A stretch of DNA of 64,000 bases from Glaucostegus cemiculus. Its lineage: Eukaryota. A program made the translations under genes and the position numbers. Positions within the stretch are counted from its first letter, which is position 1. The number at the start of each line of letters is the position of its first letter. The DNA lies in the NCBI GenBank assembly GCA_976551045.1, contig CDPCPM010000076.1:26412001-26476000 (forward strand). Direction: 5' to 3'. The notes under the pieces are model-generated. The model had not been told where the DNA came from, searched no databases, and saw only the letters and a list, made by a program, of their open reading frames with translations. Below are positions 1 to 12,651 of the stretch, piece after piece.

Positions 1-769
1 AGCATCAAATTACTTTTATTGGTATCTGTGAAATCTAAGGTATACATACAATCTGTGTCTTAAATTTAAGAAAACAATAATACAGGATATCATTTTTGTA
101 TAAGTTGTGACATTTTGGCATGCATGGCAAGAAGATTTTAAATTTTTGTCACTGGTTCAGTTCACAGCCCGCATGTTAAAACAACTGCTGGTTCTAGTAC
201 AACCATCTAAATTAAAAAAACAATATCAATACTATTCAACAAAACATACCAATAAATTAAATTAAAATCCCTTGATTTTGCTGTTCTACTACCTCAACTT
301 GATTTACAGCCAATGTAGCTTACTTTTGAACTCACTATACTTCTCCTTCTATGGTTCTATCATTCAGAGATAAGCTCTGCATTGGAAGAAACAGTCCGTG
401 CTTGGACCAAAGAATCAATTTTTCACTTCATCACGACTCAGAACTTTAAAACTGAAGGTGGTTATGTTTCATACTTCGATGTTCCAGTCCAACAGTCTGG
501 TGCTACAGATGAGGTAATCTGCAATACTAAAAGCCAAACTAATTTAGACAAAAATAACAGTGCAATGATGTTTAATGTGTTTTACTAGTAAATTTTCCTC
601 ATGTACGTTTACTCTGAGTTGTTCAACATTATGTTGTGGTTTTAGCTTATCTTTACTCTGGCTTGTAATTGACTTCCTACTGTGCTAAAATCTTAATTGC
701 ATTCACTAATTTCATGAACTGGTACATCATTTTGCAAGGCCACCTAAAAGAAAAAATTGAATATAGATC

Positions 770-1334
770 AAGGAGACACAAACAACAGCAGATGCTGGAA
801 TATGGAGCAAAATACGAACTGCCTGCAGAGCTCAGCAGGTCAGACAGCATCTGTGGAAGAAAACAGGCAGTTGATGTTTCTGGATGAGACCCTTCATCTG
901 GGCTGAAAGAGTAGTGGGGATATAAAGTGAGGGTTGGGGAAAGAGCTGGCAAGGGTCCAGGTTAGGAGGGGTTGATTAGCAGATGGAGTCAGGTGGGGGA
1001 GAGAAGGGTTGGAGAAAGTGACAGAGGCTGGGAGGTGATAGGTGGAAACAACAAAAGGTCCGCAGATTATGGAACCTGATTTAAGAAAGGAAGGTGAAGA
1101 ATGGAACCAAGTAAGAGAGCTGGGGTGGGCAGGCGGCAACAGTGTGGGGAGGGGTCCCAGTGGGAGGAGTGTGTGGGTGATGGTAGATAGAGTGAATGGG
1201 GAAGGGCAAAGAAACTGGGTGACAGGTGATGGTGGCTGGAAGGAAGTGTGCGAGAGAGAGAGAGGACCTGGGTAGAACAGAAGGAGAGAGAAAGGGACAG
1301 AAGGGAGAGCAAGTTATCCAAAATTAGAGAATTC
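770..1334 (-). mobile_element. Penelope-like retroelement 3' end (last ORF codons, pyrimidine-rich UTR, terminal repeat with decayed hammerhead motif)
   Basis: The minus strand at about 1334-1314 reads EFSNFG*, the end of a GIY-YIG ORF like the one at 63040. A long CT-rich tract follows, then the terminal unit (+ strand gcagatgctggaa...cagcaggtcagacagcatctgtgga...gagacccttcat) that recurs at 31975, 36550 and 41285. Confidence 0.65.
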
Positions 1335-3724
1335 TATATTTATATACTGATCAAGACCTGGTGTATTTCAGTTCTGATGAAAGAATTAAACATTTTAGCC
1401 ACATTTATCAACTTTAAACACATACAGTGGATACTTTGCTTAGGAAGTAACAACTATGCAATCTGATGTGATTGCTCATATATTCACTTTTAGCTTATCA
1501 TGGGTGAGATGGATATGACATGCTTTTCTATCTTATGTGCTGAGGGAATCAAAAACAACTACAATTTATGGGTGTGGGGGAACAGACATAAAACTAAATA
1601 GTATAATGGGGTGAAAAAAATTAAATGCATGTCCACTGACAGGATTGACAGCATGATCTAAAATCCATGCTGTTTAAAGAAGCTATGAACTTTAAGCTAC
1701 TGCTAGCAGCAGGTAGGTCTATAAGGGAAAGAAGATAAAATTTGGGGTGTGTGGGGTTGGGGGGCAGTGGAGTCAAACAAGAGGAGGGAGGAAATGGAAG
1801 GTAATCTGGAAGCAGCTGGTTTTAGTGGGTTTTTGCTCCTCTGGGCTCCACATTGTTATTTTCATAAATTTACCTTTTTTTTGGATGTCCCATTAAGGAC
1901 CACAAGTTGGGCTATGTACATCAGCTGTAATCTGGATTTTGCACTGGATGCTTCAAAGGGGTTTGATCTCATTATCTATACCTACAAGAGTCCAGAGTGC
2001 CTACTGTATATTTTAGCCTATACCTTTACTTATACTGGCAAAAATACAGGCACTCTGCAAACTTGCTTTCAATTGGTACTGACTGCAAAATTCTTGGCCA
2101 CCACACTGTAGGGTTAGATGCTCATTAAGCACCCAAAAAGTGACATGTAACATTCAGAACAATATGTTACGCTGATTAAAATGAAAAAAAGAGACATGGA
2201 TGCTGCCGTAAAGGACTGCATTACATTATTGTTCCTTTGGATGCGAGGCATTATTTCTTCCTCACACCTAAATGTCATACTGGCCAAGTTAATATTAAAA
2301 TACCTTACCCTGCATGTAACCATTATTTGCAACAGGAAAGAGCAAAATGGGTGCATTAACCTTTACAGTGGAAAACTGTTTAACATTTGGTCTTTAAATG
2401 AGTCACGCTAATTCTTGAAAAATACCAAATGGCATTAACAGAATGCAGAAATAATCTTAACTTAACTATTTAACACATATTTTAAAAGATCTGATCTTTA
2501 TGCACTAAACAATTACCTCTGCATTCTCACATGCCAATAAATCTGTTCACAATCTACATGCTGGCACAAATATAAACGTTGACCATTTACATCATGTCAA
2601 TAATGCTAGAACAATAAACCATGGCCCTACACAATTAAGAAATGAAACAAATGCAACTGTAATTCATCCATTTTTCTATCTGAACATTGCAATAATCAAA
2701 TTTAAAAAAATTTAGATTTTGTAATCTATTACTTGGATGAATGAAATTACATTTAGTTTAACTTTCAACACTTGATTTGATTTTCTGCTTACAAAAGATG
2801 GTGTGGATCACATTAGGACAGAACTTTCAAAATTCCACCCACTTTAAATGCAAGTCAAGTAAGTTTCTTGTGCATGTACTGCTACATTAGGTAATGCCTC
2901 ATGTTATGTGGTTTTATTACAAGCCATTGACAGCTTATAAGATGTATGAATACACTAGCAAAACACAAAGGTTGTCAAAAGCTTGGTTTAAATGTGAGAG
3001 TCTCAATAGTTTATAAGCAGACAAAATGACTGAAGGTTTTGTAACAGCAGGGGAAGCATCCAATGCAACAATTAAGTGGTAACATATGCCACTACTGCCA
3101 AGAGAATTTTTAATCCCTTTAAACATTAATGTAGTATTTCTGCCTCCGCTGCAACAACAGAGCCATCTGTGTTGGTATTGAATGGAAACATGCCAAATGC
3201 ACAATTCAGTACTCCATTTGCTCATTTGATTTCTCCAATACAATAAAGGTGGGAAATATTTGCAGCTTTTTCTTTCCAGAATTAAGAAAGTAGTCACTTC
3301 ACTGCACATTACATCTGGATTAGATGCTTGTAATTCAAAGAAACTGACAGGAAACTTGAACACTTAACAACAAATTGCAAAGGAAACATGCAAATAACAC
3401 AAACAATCAAATCCAATATTTAGTTTCCGTGATGGAATGGAGCGGATTCTCCCCGACTGCTGGCAATTAACATGTTTCGTCTCCACAGAAAATGCTGGTC
3501 ACAGCTTGTAAATTCTGTTTGATATCTGCTGCATAGATGCAGAGTTTCATGAACATTCACACTGAAAGTGGTGAAAATATTTTTAAAGGACTCTTCTTTG
3601 CCTAGCATTTCAAATGCTTCTGCCATAGCACAAGCACTGCTATGAAAATTTCTTTTAAGTACCTATCTACTTAAAGCATCCTTTGACAATCACTTCAGGT
3701 CCTGCTGTTTCTTGAAAGCTATGT

Positions 3725-3845
3725 TAGAACACAGAACAGTACAACAGAGGAACAGGCCCTTCAGCCCATGATGTCCGTTCCAACCTTAATGCTAATTTAA
3801 ACTAATCCCACCTGCCTACACACTGCCTGTCCAAATGCCTCTTAA
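3725..3845 (-). mobile_element. CR1/HER1-type LINE 3' tail fragment
   Basis: tagaacacagaacagtacaacagaggaacaggcccttcagcccatgatgtc is the reverse complement of the LINE tails at 31230-31269 and 60371-60425. Confidence 0.6.
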
Positions 3846-6800
3846 AGTTCCCTAAGATGTGCAATTTATTGCATTAGCGTTTGTCAAAGTGGAATTTGTT
3901 AGAAAAAAATGAAAATTTAGAAACAAATGGAAAGGAAAAAAAGAGAAAACTGGAGCTCTTTTCTCTGGAAAAGATATTGCATAGGTCTTTAAAATTACAA
4001 AGGCAGTGAATGCATAGAATGTTTCTCAACTGTTCCACAAGGCACTGACTTCTACAGCTTTTGCCAATTCCAACTCAATTCTTTGAGTTATTGATGATTA
4101 TATTGTACTTACCCTCTGCAGTTGTTCGACAATATTCCATCAATTAAAAAAGATTACATGCATACACAGATAAGAAAATAACAGAGGTTTGGAAATAGTA
4201 ACTGGAATGGGAAAGGGCTCACATGGAGTATAAACACCAGTGGGTTGGAACAGCCCGATTCCATGCCACAAATCTGTATACAGCAAGTAAAATTAAGTAT
4301 TGGATAACCTGCACAAACATCAATGCAAGAGATTATTGCTGCAGGAGAACTTGCTTGCATACGAGGAAGATTAACCTTTCAATCTGTACATTGTTTTCAA
4401 TTTTCCCTCATTTTCCATTTAGTGCAATCTGGCTTTATGTTCAAAGACAAAGTTTTCACAGTCTTGGTTACATGAAAACTGTATTTGAATTATTGCATCA
4501 AAAAAAGTAGGGTGCTTATATTAGTTATCCCTGCCAGCAAGGATACTAGTCTAAAAGTGTGAAATACTATTCAACTGATATGAAAGTATAAATTAAGCAA
4601 AGTAGATGCAACAATGATGGGTTTACCATCATTGTTATTGAAACATAGATTTAAATCCAGCCTAAAGTGCTAGCTGGTTCTTTTTTTATTCCAATTAACC
4701 CAATTCTTAATTTTAAAAATTATACAATTTCCAATTCAAATGATTTTGCAGAACAAATCTCCCAACAAGATGCAATATTATTCCAAAGGACAAAAAAGGT
4801 GGATGGTAAAATTTACGTCACTACAGTTTAGCATGTTTGAGGCTGGGCCAGAAACTAAGATGTCTGCTTGCTGAAGTAGATTTGACGTGGATACCAGATA
4901 CTAAAGTGAAAAAAAAGATGCCATTCCAGAGCATTACAGGAATGAATGTATTATTGTCGCGCGTCCACAACTAATTACTTTGTTTTCTCAATGGATTAAA
5001 GCCTTCATTTTATTTGAAAAAAATGTCAGAGAGGCTAATATCCATTTAAAGTTGCTCCAGCTCCAGAGCAGTCTCAAAAATGTATTTGCATGCATATATA
5101 TTGAACTATAGAACAAACATCCCCAATTTATAGTTTGAGCTCAATGGAAATTTACAAGCAATGCAGATCAGGATTTTTTTCCTCTAGGATCAACCCGTTC
5201 TGCATTCAGACCAAGACTCAATTTTATCTGAGATAATGGGACTGTTTCAGGATGCAAACAAGTCCATCTACATAACATTGTAAATTATAGTGTGATGCAA
5301 ATTTGTTTTGAGTGCAGAAATGTGAAACCCCAAGCATAGCTCAGTACTTAGGGCTAATCTGACTCTGGAATGCAATAAAACTTCATGATGTGGGTTCTCT
5401 CAAGACCACCACGGCTTGGCAATTCCTGTGAATCTAGAGTTAGTGAGTGCTTAGTTGGTGTTTTATTTGAAAAATATTATATGTGTGCTGGTCAGGCAAC
5501 ACTGCCCACCAACATCTAATAGTAGTCAAAGGGGAACAAAATCTACTCCAGCAGAAAAACATGCTTAAAGCTCACTCTGGCGGTGCTGTGAGAATTACAA
5601 CTCACAATGTAACTCTGATCTTGCTAACTCTGCTTTGCACCCTAATGCTGTTATTGTCAAACCAGTAGCTTAGTGTAAGTCCAATCTTGCACAGCACCAA
5701 AACAACACTTACAGAAACCAAGATATGAATGCACAAACATGGGGTAAATTAATGGAATAAAAACAAAAAAAACACAAATCTGAAAATACCCAGCAGGTCA
5801 AGCAACATCTGTAAAGAGCGAAAAAAAAGAGTAATATTTTAGGACAGTGACTTTTCATCCAAATGAGAACTAGTTTTTCTGTCTATAAGTGAGCCTCACT
5901 TCATGATAAAGATGACTGGGCAGGCAGCTGGGATATCAGTCTGTATGCAAAGCAAGACTTGTGTCACCACTAAAACATTATTACATGCTTCAGAAGTGGC
6001 ATGGACTTCATATGCAGAGAAGCTTTACCATTTGTTTAAGTCTGCCTTTACTTTAGGCAAATTGGGAAATTGACAGTGAAGCTCTGAATCCTCAAGATAA
6101 GTCCTTCTTCGACCTTGGTGGTGGTGAAGTTGGGTTTGGTAGTGGTGACCCAATGAGTATGAATTCTGGTTCAGATGCCTACCTCCAAAAGCCTGAAGTC
6201 CCAGAGACCCTTAGCATCTGGTCCCATCCTCCTCCTATGACTTCAGTGCAAATCTGCCTCCATACAGCCACACTGTTTATTAAGCTCCCATCATGGTGGG
6301 AGATCAATTTGTGTTTCACAATAAATGGGTTGTTCTGTGTGCAGCTACACAGGAGGCCCAGAATTTGCAATTCCACTTTGTGTGATATATTGCATGCATG
6401 TGCATTAGAAAATTACTACCACTAAGTTTCCTGCACAACTGTTTGAATTTGTGTTTTTCAAAGAATGTGCTGTCTTCCAACTTTCCTTCTCTTTCTTCTG
6501 AATCTATTAATTTACTTAAAATACTTGTGTTGGTGTTGATTTGAAATCTGTAATAAACTTGTCCTGAACAGTTCTCATGTGATGAAGCACAAACACGTAC
6601 GCTCAGATATACACAGCTAATAGAAACAACAATATTCGTTTAAAGGTGGCATAATAAAGTGAAGTTTTATACGCACATTCTATGTCATCTAAGCTTAGCT
6701 AATCCTTAAAGCAATAAGGGAGGATTATGCTGCCAAAATAAAAAGTAGCATGCATATTTTTTATAAAGGAAATTCGGGTCTGCTGAGGAGGTCACTAATA

Positions 6801-6882
6801 TTTGCTGACTATCTAAACATACATTTAGTTACTGAGGTGGCAAATTAGTAATGTTCACAGGCAGAAAGAGAATCAAAAATAG

Positions 6883-7829
6883 AAGAGTCACCAGAAGAAA
6901 ACCTTTCCTGCATCCTCACCACCAAATTCGGCGTCAGAAATTTGCAAAGGAACATCTAAGCAAGCCTGATGCATTTTGGAAACAAGTTCTGTGGACTGAT
7001 GAAGTTATAATAAAACTTGCTGGCTGCAATGAGTAAAGATATGTTTGGAGAAAAAAGGGTGCAGAATATCGTGAAAAGAACACCTCTCCAACTGTTAAGC
7101 ATGGGGGTGGGTCCATAGAACCATAGAACAATACAGCACAAAACAGACCCTTTGGCCCACCAAGTTGTGCCGCGATCATGCTTTGGGCTTGTGTTGCAGC
7201 CAGTGGCACGGGGAACATTTCACTGGTAGAGGGAAGAATGAATTCAATTAAATACCAGCAAATTCTGGAAGCAAACATCATACCGTCCGTAAAAAAAATG
7301 CTTTAGATGAAGTGGATGGCTTCTACAACAGGATAACAATCCTAAACACACCTCAAAATCCACTACGTTAAGAGGTACAAGCTGAAGGTTTTGCCATGGG
7401 CCTTACAATCCCCCAGCCTAAACATCATCGAAAATCTGTGGAGAGACCTCAAAAGAGCAGCGCATGCAAGAGGGCCCAAGAATCTCACAGAACTAGAAGA
7501 CTTTTGCAAGGAGGAATGGGTGAAAATACCACAAACAAGAAATGAAAGACTCTTAGCTGGCTACAGAGAGCGTTTACAAGCTGTGATACTTGACAAAGGG
7601 GGTGTTACTAAGTACTGACCACACAGGGTGCCCAAACTTTTGCTTTGACCCCTTTTTTTGTTATTTTGAAACTGTAAAAGATAGAAATAAAAAAATAATC
7701 TTGCTTAAAATATTAAAGAAATGTCTCATCTTTAACTTTATGCCTTTTGGAAATCAGGTCATCTTTTAAGCAGTTAGCTGTTCACAGTAACAGAAATTTT
7801 GACTGTGCCCAAACTTTTGTATGCCACTG
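6883..7829 (+). mobile_element. Tc1/mariner (Tc1 DDE, IR/DR type) DNA transposon remnant, 5' half missing, transposase disrupted
   Basis: Transposase motifs RRKPFL..FAKEHL..FWKQVLWTDE, TVKHGGGS-IMLWAC, LQQDNNPKH, SPSLNIIENLW and ..LQAVILDKGGVTKY* are present, with stops and frameshifts. The right terminus has the direct repeats GTGCCCAAACTTTTG (about 7628 and 7805) and ends CCACTG followed by TA (7830-7831). Confidence 0.93.
7114..7173 (-). mobile_element. 60-nt 5'-truncated CR1/HER1-type tail nested in the Tc1 transposase
   Basis: It splits GGT GGG TC|G ATC ATG (GGSIM). Its reverse complement ggcacaacttggtgggccaaagggtctgttttgtgctgtattgttctatggttctatg matches the LINE tails at 39123-39172 and 60371-60425. 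Confidence 0.88.
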
Positions 7830-7831
7830 TA

Positions 7832-8640
7832 TCTAAAATTCCTCTATTGAGCAGACTCAAGAAATAAACTTCCACAGCCCTTGAGCACAGAATTCCAAAA
7901 ATTCACCACTTCATTGGGAAATAACATTCATCTCATCTCTGACCTGAATAATTGACTCCCTAGTTTGCAACACATGACCTGTTTTTAGATACCCTAGCAA
8001 GAGAAAACAATATTTTTAAATCTACTTTGTCAAGTCCCATAAGAATTTTGTAAACTTCAATAAGATCATCTCTTATTCTTCTGAAGTTGAGAGAATATAA
8101 TCTCATTCTGCTTAATCTCTCCTCAGACAGTAAACCAGATTCAATCTGGTAAACCCCTAGTGTACTTTATTTCAAATATATCCTTCCTTGGGTTAGGAGA
8201 CCTGACCAATGCCCTGTGTAATTGGAACAACTTATTTCTACTCTTGCCCTGAAATATTCTTGCAACAAAGGCCAATATATCATTTGCCTTGCTAATTTCT
8301 TATGGTGACCATCTTCATTTTTAGTGATTTGCATTTAAGGTCACAGATTTCTTTGAACATCAACACTTTCTCACCATTAAAAATATACATTGGGATTCTA
8401 ATTTTGTTACCAAAGTGGACAGCTTCACTATTTTACCCCACATTATATTCCATTTGCCATGTTCTTGTCCATTCACTGAACCAGTCTATATCCCCCTGAA
8501 GCCACTGTGGATTTTCCTCAATTAAATCTTTTCTGTGGGACTTTATCGAAGGCCTTCTTATATATTAAGCTAGGTACACACTCTAAAATCTCTAATAGAT
8601 TTGTTAAACATGATTTCACCATCATATATCACTGACTCTG
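7832..8640 (-). mobile_element. Old degraded CR1-type LINE fragment (RT C-terminal region)
   Basis: Phrases such as ttccacagccc..gaattccaaaaattcaccac, cttcaataagatcatctcttattcttct and ccacattatattccatttgcca are reverse complements of CR1 sequence seen on + at 53650-54240. Confidence 0.6.
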
Positions 8641-8645
8641 TTCAT

Positions 8646-8946
8646 GGATGGCATGGTAGCATAGTGGTTAGCACAATGCTTTACAGCACCAGCAACCTGG
8701 GTTCAAATCTGGCCACTGTCTGTAAGGAGTTTGCACGTTCTCCCCGCGTCTGTGTGGGTTTCCTCTGGGTGCTCCAGTTTCCTCACACATTCCAAAGATG
8801 TACAGGTTAGGAAGTTATGGCCATGCTATGTTGGTGCTGGAAGCGTGGAGACATTTGCAAGCTGCCCCCCAAAATCACTACGCAAAAGATGTATTTCACT
8901 GTGTGTTTCAATGTACATGTGACTAATAAAAATCTTATCCTTATCC
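8646..8946 (+). mobile_element. tRNA-derived V-SINE, near full length
   Basis: Pol III A/B-box-like head (TAGCATAGTGG / GGTTCAAATC), V-domain-like core ctccccgcgtctgtgtgggtttcctctgggtgctccagtttcctc, and a (TCTTA)-like tail. A second copy is inverted at 58658-58952. Confidence 0.85.
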
Positions 8947-11900
8947 AATCAGATTATTATTTGAGAATAAATAACAGCATTTTAAAACAGACAAAATATG
9001 CATTTAATTTCACTACCATTTCCTTATGCTCATTGGTAAGGAACCCCATTAGCTAATAGTCTCCTTTAACAATTTTTACTAGATTACTCTTGTATTCTAC
9101 TTTCCCCTTTATTATCAATGCCAAGGTCCTCCTTTGCTGAATTGTGAATTCCCAGTTTCCAGGCTTACTGCTTTTTTTTTGATTTCGTTATTTCCCTTTC
9201 ATCTAACACTGCCTTTAAATTTACATGATACACAACACTAGATCTAAAATAGTCTGTTCCCTCATTGGTTCCTCAATATACTGATCCAGCAAACCATCTC
9301 TAAAACAGTCCATGAATTTATTCTCCATAGTACTGCTGCTAATTTGGTTTGCCTAGTCTATATGTAGATTAAAATCCTCCTGGTTATAGGCACCTCCATC
9401 TTTCTGATTTATACCATATCCTGCATTTCCAAATGTGTCATTGGTTAAAAAGCTACTTGTATCACCCTTTTAAATCTTTAATGAAAATTCAGAACAACTT
9501 ATTAGCTCACATAAAGGAGGTATAGTTACTTCAATTTTTCTTTTGCTCTGTCGAGCTGACCCATTTTCAGCCATTGAGAATATTGTTAACTACTGCTGCT
9601 AAACAATTTGGAGAATATTTCAATGATTTATGCCAGGAAATTTTCAAATGCTGCAAATAAAACTTCATCATGTGTCACTGCCCGGCACAACAAAGGCAAT
9701 CTCACTTCCTGCGTGCACTGCTATTGCCAATATATGCTTAGAAATTAAAGAAGAGCTGCCTGGAAATTCATTCCTGGTCAGTATCTATAAAAGACCAATA
9801 CAGTACTGTCACTGTATTGTATCTATCTCCAAAATTCAGTTCCATGTTAATGGACTCATTTACCATTATAGTGTTACAGATCTGTTAAAAGTATACTCCA
9901 GATACTTATATTTGCCAGATTCAATGAACAATAAGTACTGGGTTCTGGACTGAGGAAGGCACTACATTCTTGAATTCTAAACTACAAAATGCATCAATCC
10001 TAGTTAGGAACTGGATTTTGTCATGGCTCTTGGGCCCACTGAAGTCTGGAGCTTGCCCAGGTCATTTTAACTACATCATGGGCACACTCGGTTGAAATTA
10101 ACTAATTTAACATAAGATGAAATTTAAATGTCCCTATGGTCCAGAAGACATCTTAGGAATTTTATTTAAACATTAAGTGATCAATAATTTTATTGTAAGG
10201 AGCAAGCAAATTATTTAACATTAAAAAAATAGCTAACGAAGTCACAAATCTGAACATAAAAGAAAGCACAGTGCTCCTTGTCACTGAACTCAATGGGATC
10301 TCGGAGAAATCCCTGTAGCACAAGTACGGTCTGTCTCAGTGAGTGTGTTTCATTCTACTTTTCTGCTTTGAATAACAAAGTACACAGTAGCCCTCTTTAG
10401 TGCATGCTTCTCACTTTGCAACAGAATCATGTCATATGCAATATAAACTTCATATGAGAAAATGCATTCCTCTTGACCCCAATTTTCAGAATACAGAAAT
10501 GAGCTCCAGAACAATTTCCTATGTTTATTTAATGTTCTTCGAAGCCAAACTCAAAAAGTTCAGCATTCATGAATATAATTAATGAAGTTGGATCACACAA
10601 AGTGATGAAATCATATTCAGAAATAAAATCAATGCTTAACAAAATTACACTTCAAAAATAGCTTCCCTTAACAACCATTAATCCTCAGCTTCCTACTGAA
10701 GCAAAGGTACATCATCCCCTCCCAGCACAATATTGCCTGCAAGTTATAAAACAATGGACAACTCATTATCTCAATCAGGGGAAAAAATTGGCAGTGAACA
10801 TAGAAGCAGCTGATTGCAATTTACATTATTCTAATCTTAATCAAGTCCATCTTAGTTTCATGCTGAAAACATAACCAGTAGTCTTTTAAAAATGCTGGTT
10901 AAACCATATATTTGGGACAATCACAATAAAATATGAAAGCACTGCATCATTCACTGATGCCTTTAGTCTTAAGGGAGTTGATGAAAGGATAGAAATTTAG
11001 CACCAATATTGAGAGAGAAATTAAAGAGCACCAGGTCATCTTTTCATTATGAAACATACCTTGTACAGATTAAAATGCTCTAACTTACTAATATTTCTAG
11101 ATTGAATCAAACACATCAACCAGTTTAAATATAGAACAGTTCATTTATGTTTACTTAAGCTGACTCTTTCCTTCCCACAGAAATCTCGTATTAAATTTCC
11201 GTTCTTTAGATGTTTATAATTTTATTGCATTACAATCTGGTAATGGGAGCTTCCAAGTAAAATTGTTGCTCTTACTGAGTCCAGGAATTACTTTCATATA
11301 TTACACAAATTAAATTATTTTCCTCTGTGCACTGATTGTGACTGTTTCTTTTTCTTCACAATTTTCTCACGAGATCTGAAACATTTTTATTCATAGTACT
11401 CATATTATTAGGGATCAACATTGTTAGCATTTCCTCTCCTGAGGGATTTTAAATGATTTTATGTCAAACTGCTCAAAAATTTTCAGAACTTTAGTAAACA
11501 TCTGTCTGCCAAATTTTAACATGCTATAGTAAAATGTCCACAGAGGAGGAAATTGGAAACAAAAACATTAAGGAAATATTAAGTATTCATGCAGATGCGA
11601 CTTCAGATAGGTTACATCCTTTAAGAACCATATCCTAAATAGGACAATCTATTTTCTGATATCACATTTCTATGAACCAAGGGTGGAATGAATAATGTAG
11701 GTATATTAATATGAGCAAATTCCAAATGATTTTAAGGATTGCACTGGAGGAGATCAGAATTAAATTTCAATTCTACAGCATTACTGGTAGAGTATTCTCT
11801 GTGTCTATTTTCCTTCATTTTAAAATGTGGGATGCTCCTTCTGCAAACTCTTTAATAATGGCTTATCAGATTTTTTGCAGAGAGGAAATTTTTTATGAAC

Positions 11901-12637
11901 TGGACATGTTTTCCTGCTGATTTGGTTCTGGCTCCTTACACTCTTCCATTTGTCTCTTCCCCCACCCAACAAATACTTCTGCACCATGATAAAGCAAAGA
12001 CTTGTACAAAGTGGTGAATTTGAAGGACTATTCCCAGTATTTGTGAGCTGTTACATTAAATTTGCCAATCATATAAGAAAATACTTAACAGGTAAATAGT
12101 GGTGCTATCACTATTCTCTTGAGAAGAGATAAAAACAGCCTTCACCCACTTCTGCCTCAATTCTTGCTCCAGCTTTAATAGAAATTTTAAAAAATTGCTG
12201 TTATACATGTAGATCCATCATGTACTACAGACACAAAAATTCAAAAGGCAATTCAAAAGTAAAATTTCAAGTTTTAAAATTGGAGACAAAGGGAACACTT
12301 AATGAGTGGTACATACAGATTCTAAAATATAGAAATTATTTGAGGCATCCAGTGTGGTGTAAAAATATACTGTTCATTGTGATTTAATGATTTCTAAGAG
12401 TTACCTAGAAGTTTATCCTCAGTCAGCAACATTAAGTGTACAACACTGTAGCATCAGCCTATAGATTTGAAAGGATTTTCTAGACAGAGCATACTGCACT
12501 GATACCATTATATGGTACATTTACTGTTATTGCCCAAGGTTGAATTTCTTAGCAGTTACGTTTTTCAAAGTAACATTTCATAACAGTGGCATGCACTGGT
12601 TTTTGACACACTTGAAATTTTCTATCACAAAGTAGTA

Positions 12638-12651
12638 CCACAAGGTGGCAG
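12638..12651 (+). promoter_or_regulatory. Candidate CTCF-binding motif
   Basis: CCACAAGGTGGCAG fits the CTCF core CCACNAGRKGGCRS and lies in apparently unique intronic sequence; motif match only. Confidence 0.3.

Noticed and set aside
4107-4140. Minus-strand MEYCRTTAE followed by a strong G|GTAAGT donor, as the possible missing TMEM33 exon
   Set aside because: There is no YYRFL.LRY or RRNPY motif, the donor is in the wrong position and phase, and no suitable acceptor was seen.
6541-6562. Minus-strand VYYRF resembling TMEM33 IYYRF
   Set aside because: The surrounding residues (QINTNTSILSK) do not match, and no splice sites lie at the expected distances.
7391-7618. Functional transposase
   Set aside because: Only the C-terminal fragment. 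The upstream part has a stop codon, frameshifts and a nested insertion, and lacks the N-terminus and left TIR.
8646-8715. tRNA gene
   Set aside because: Only an A/B-box head continuing into a V-SINE body, with a second dispersed copy at 58658-58952; no complete cloverleaf is evident.
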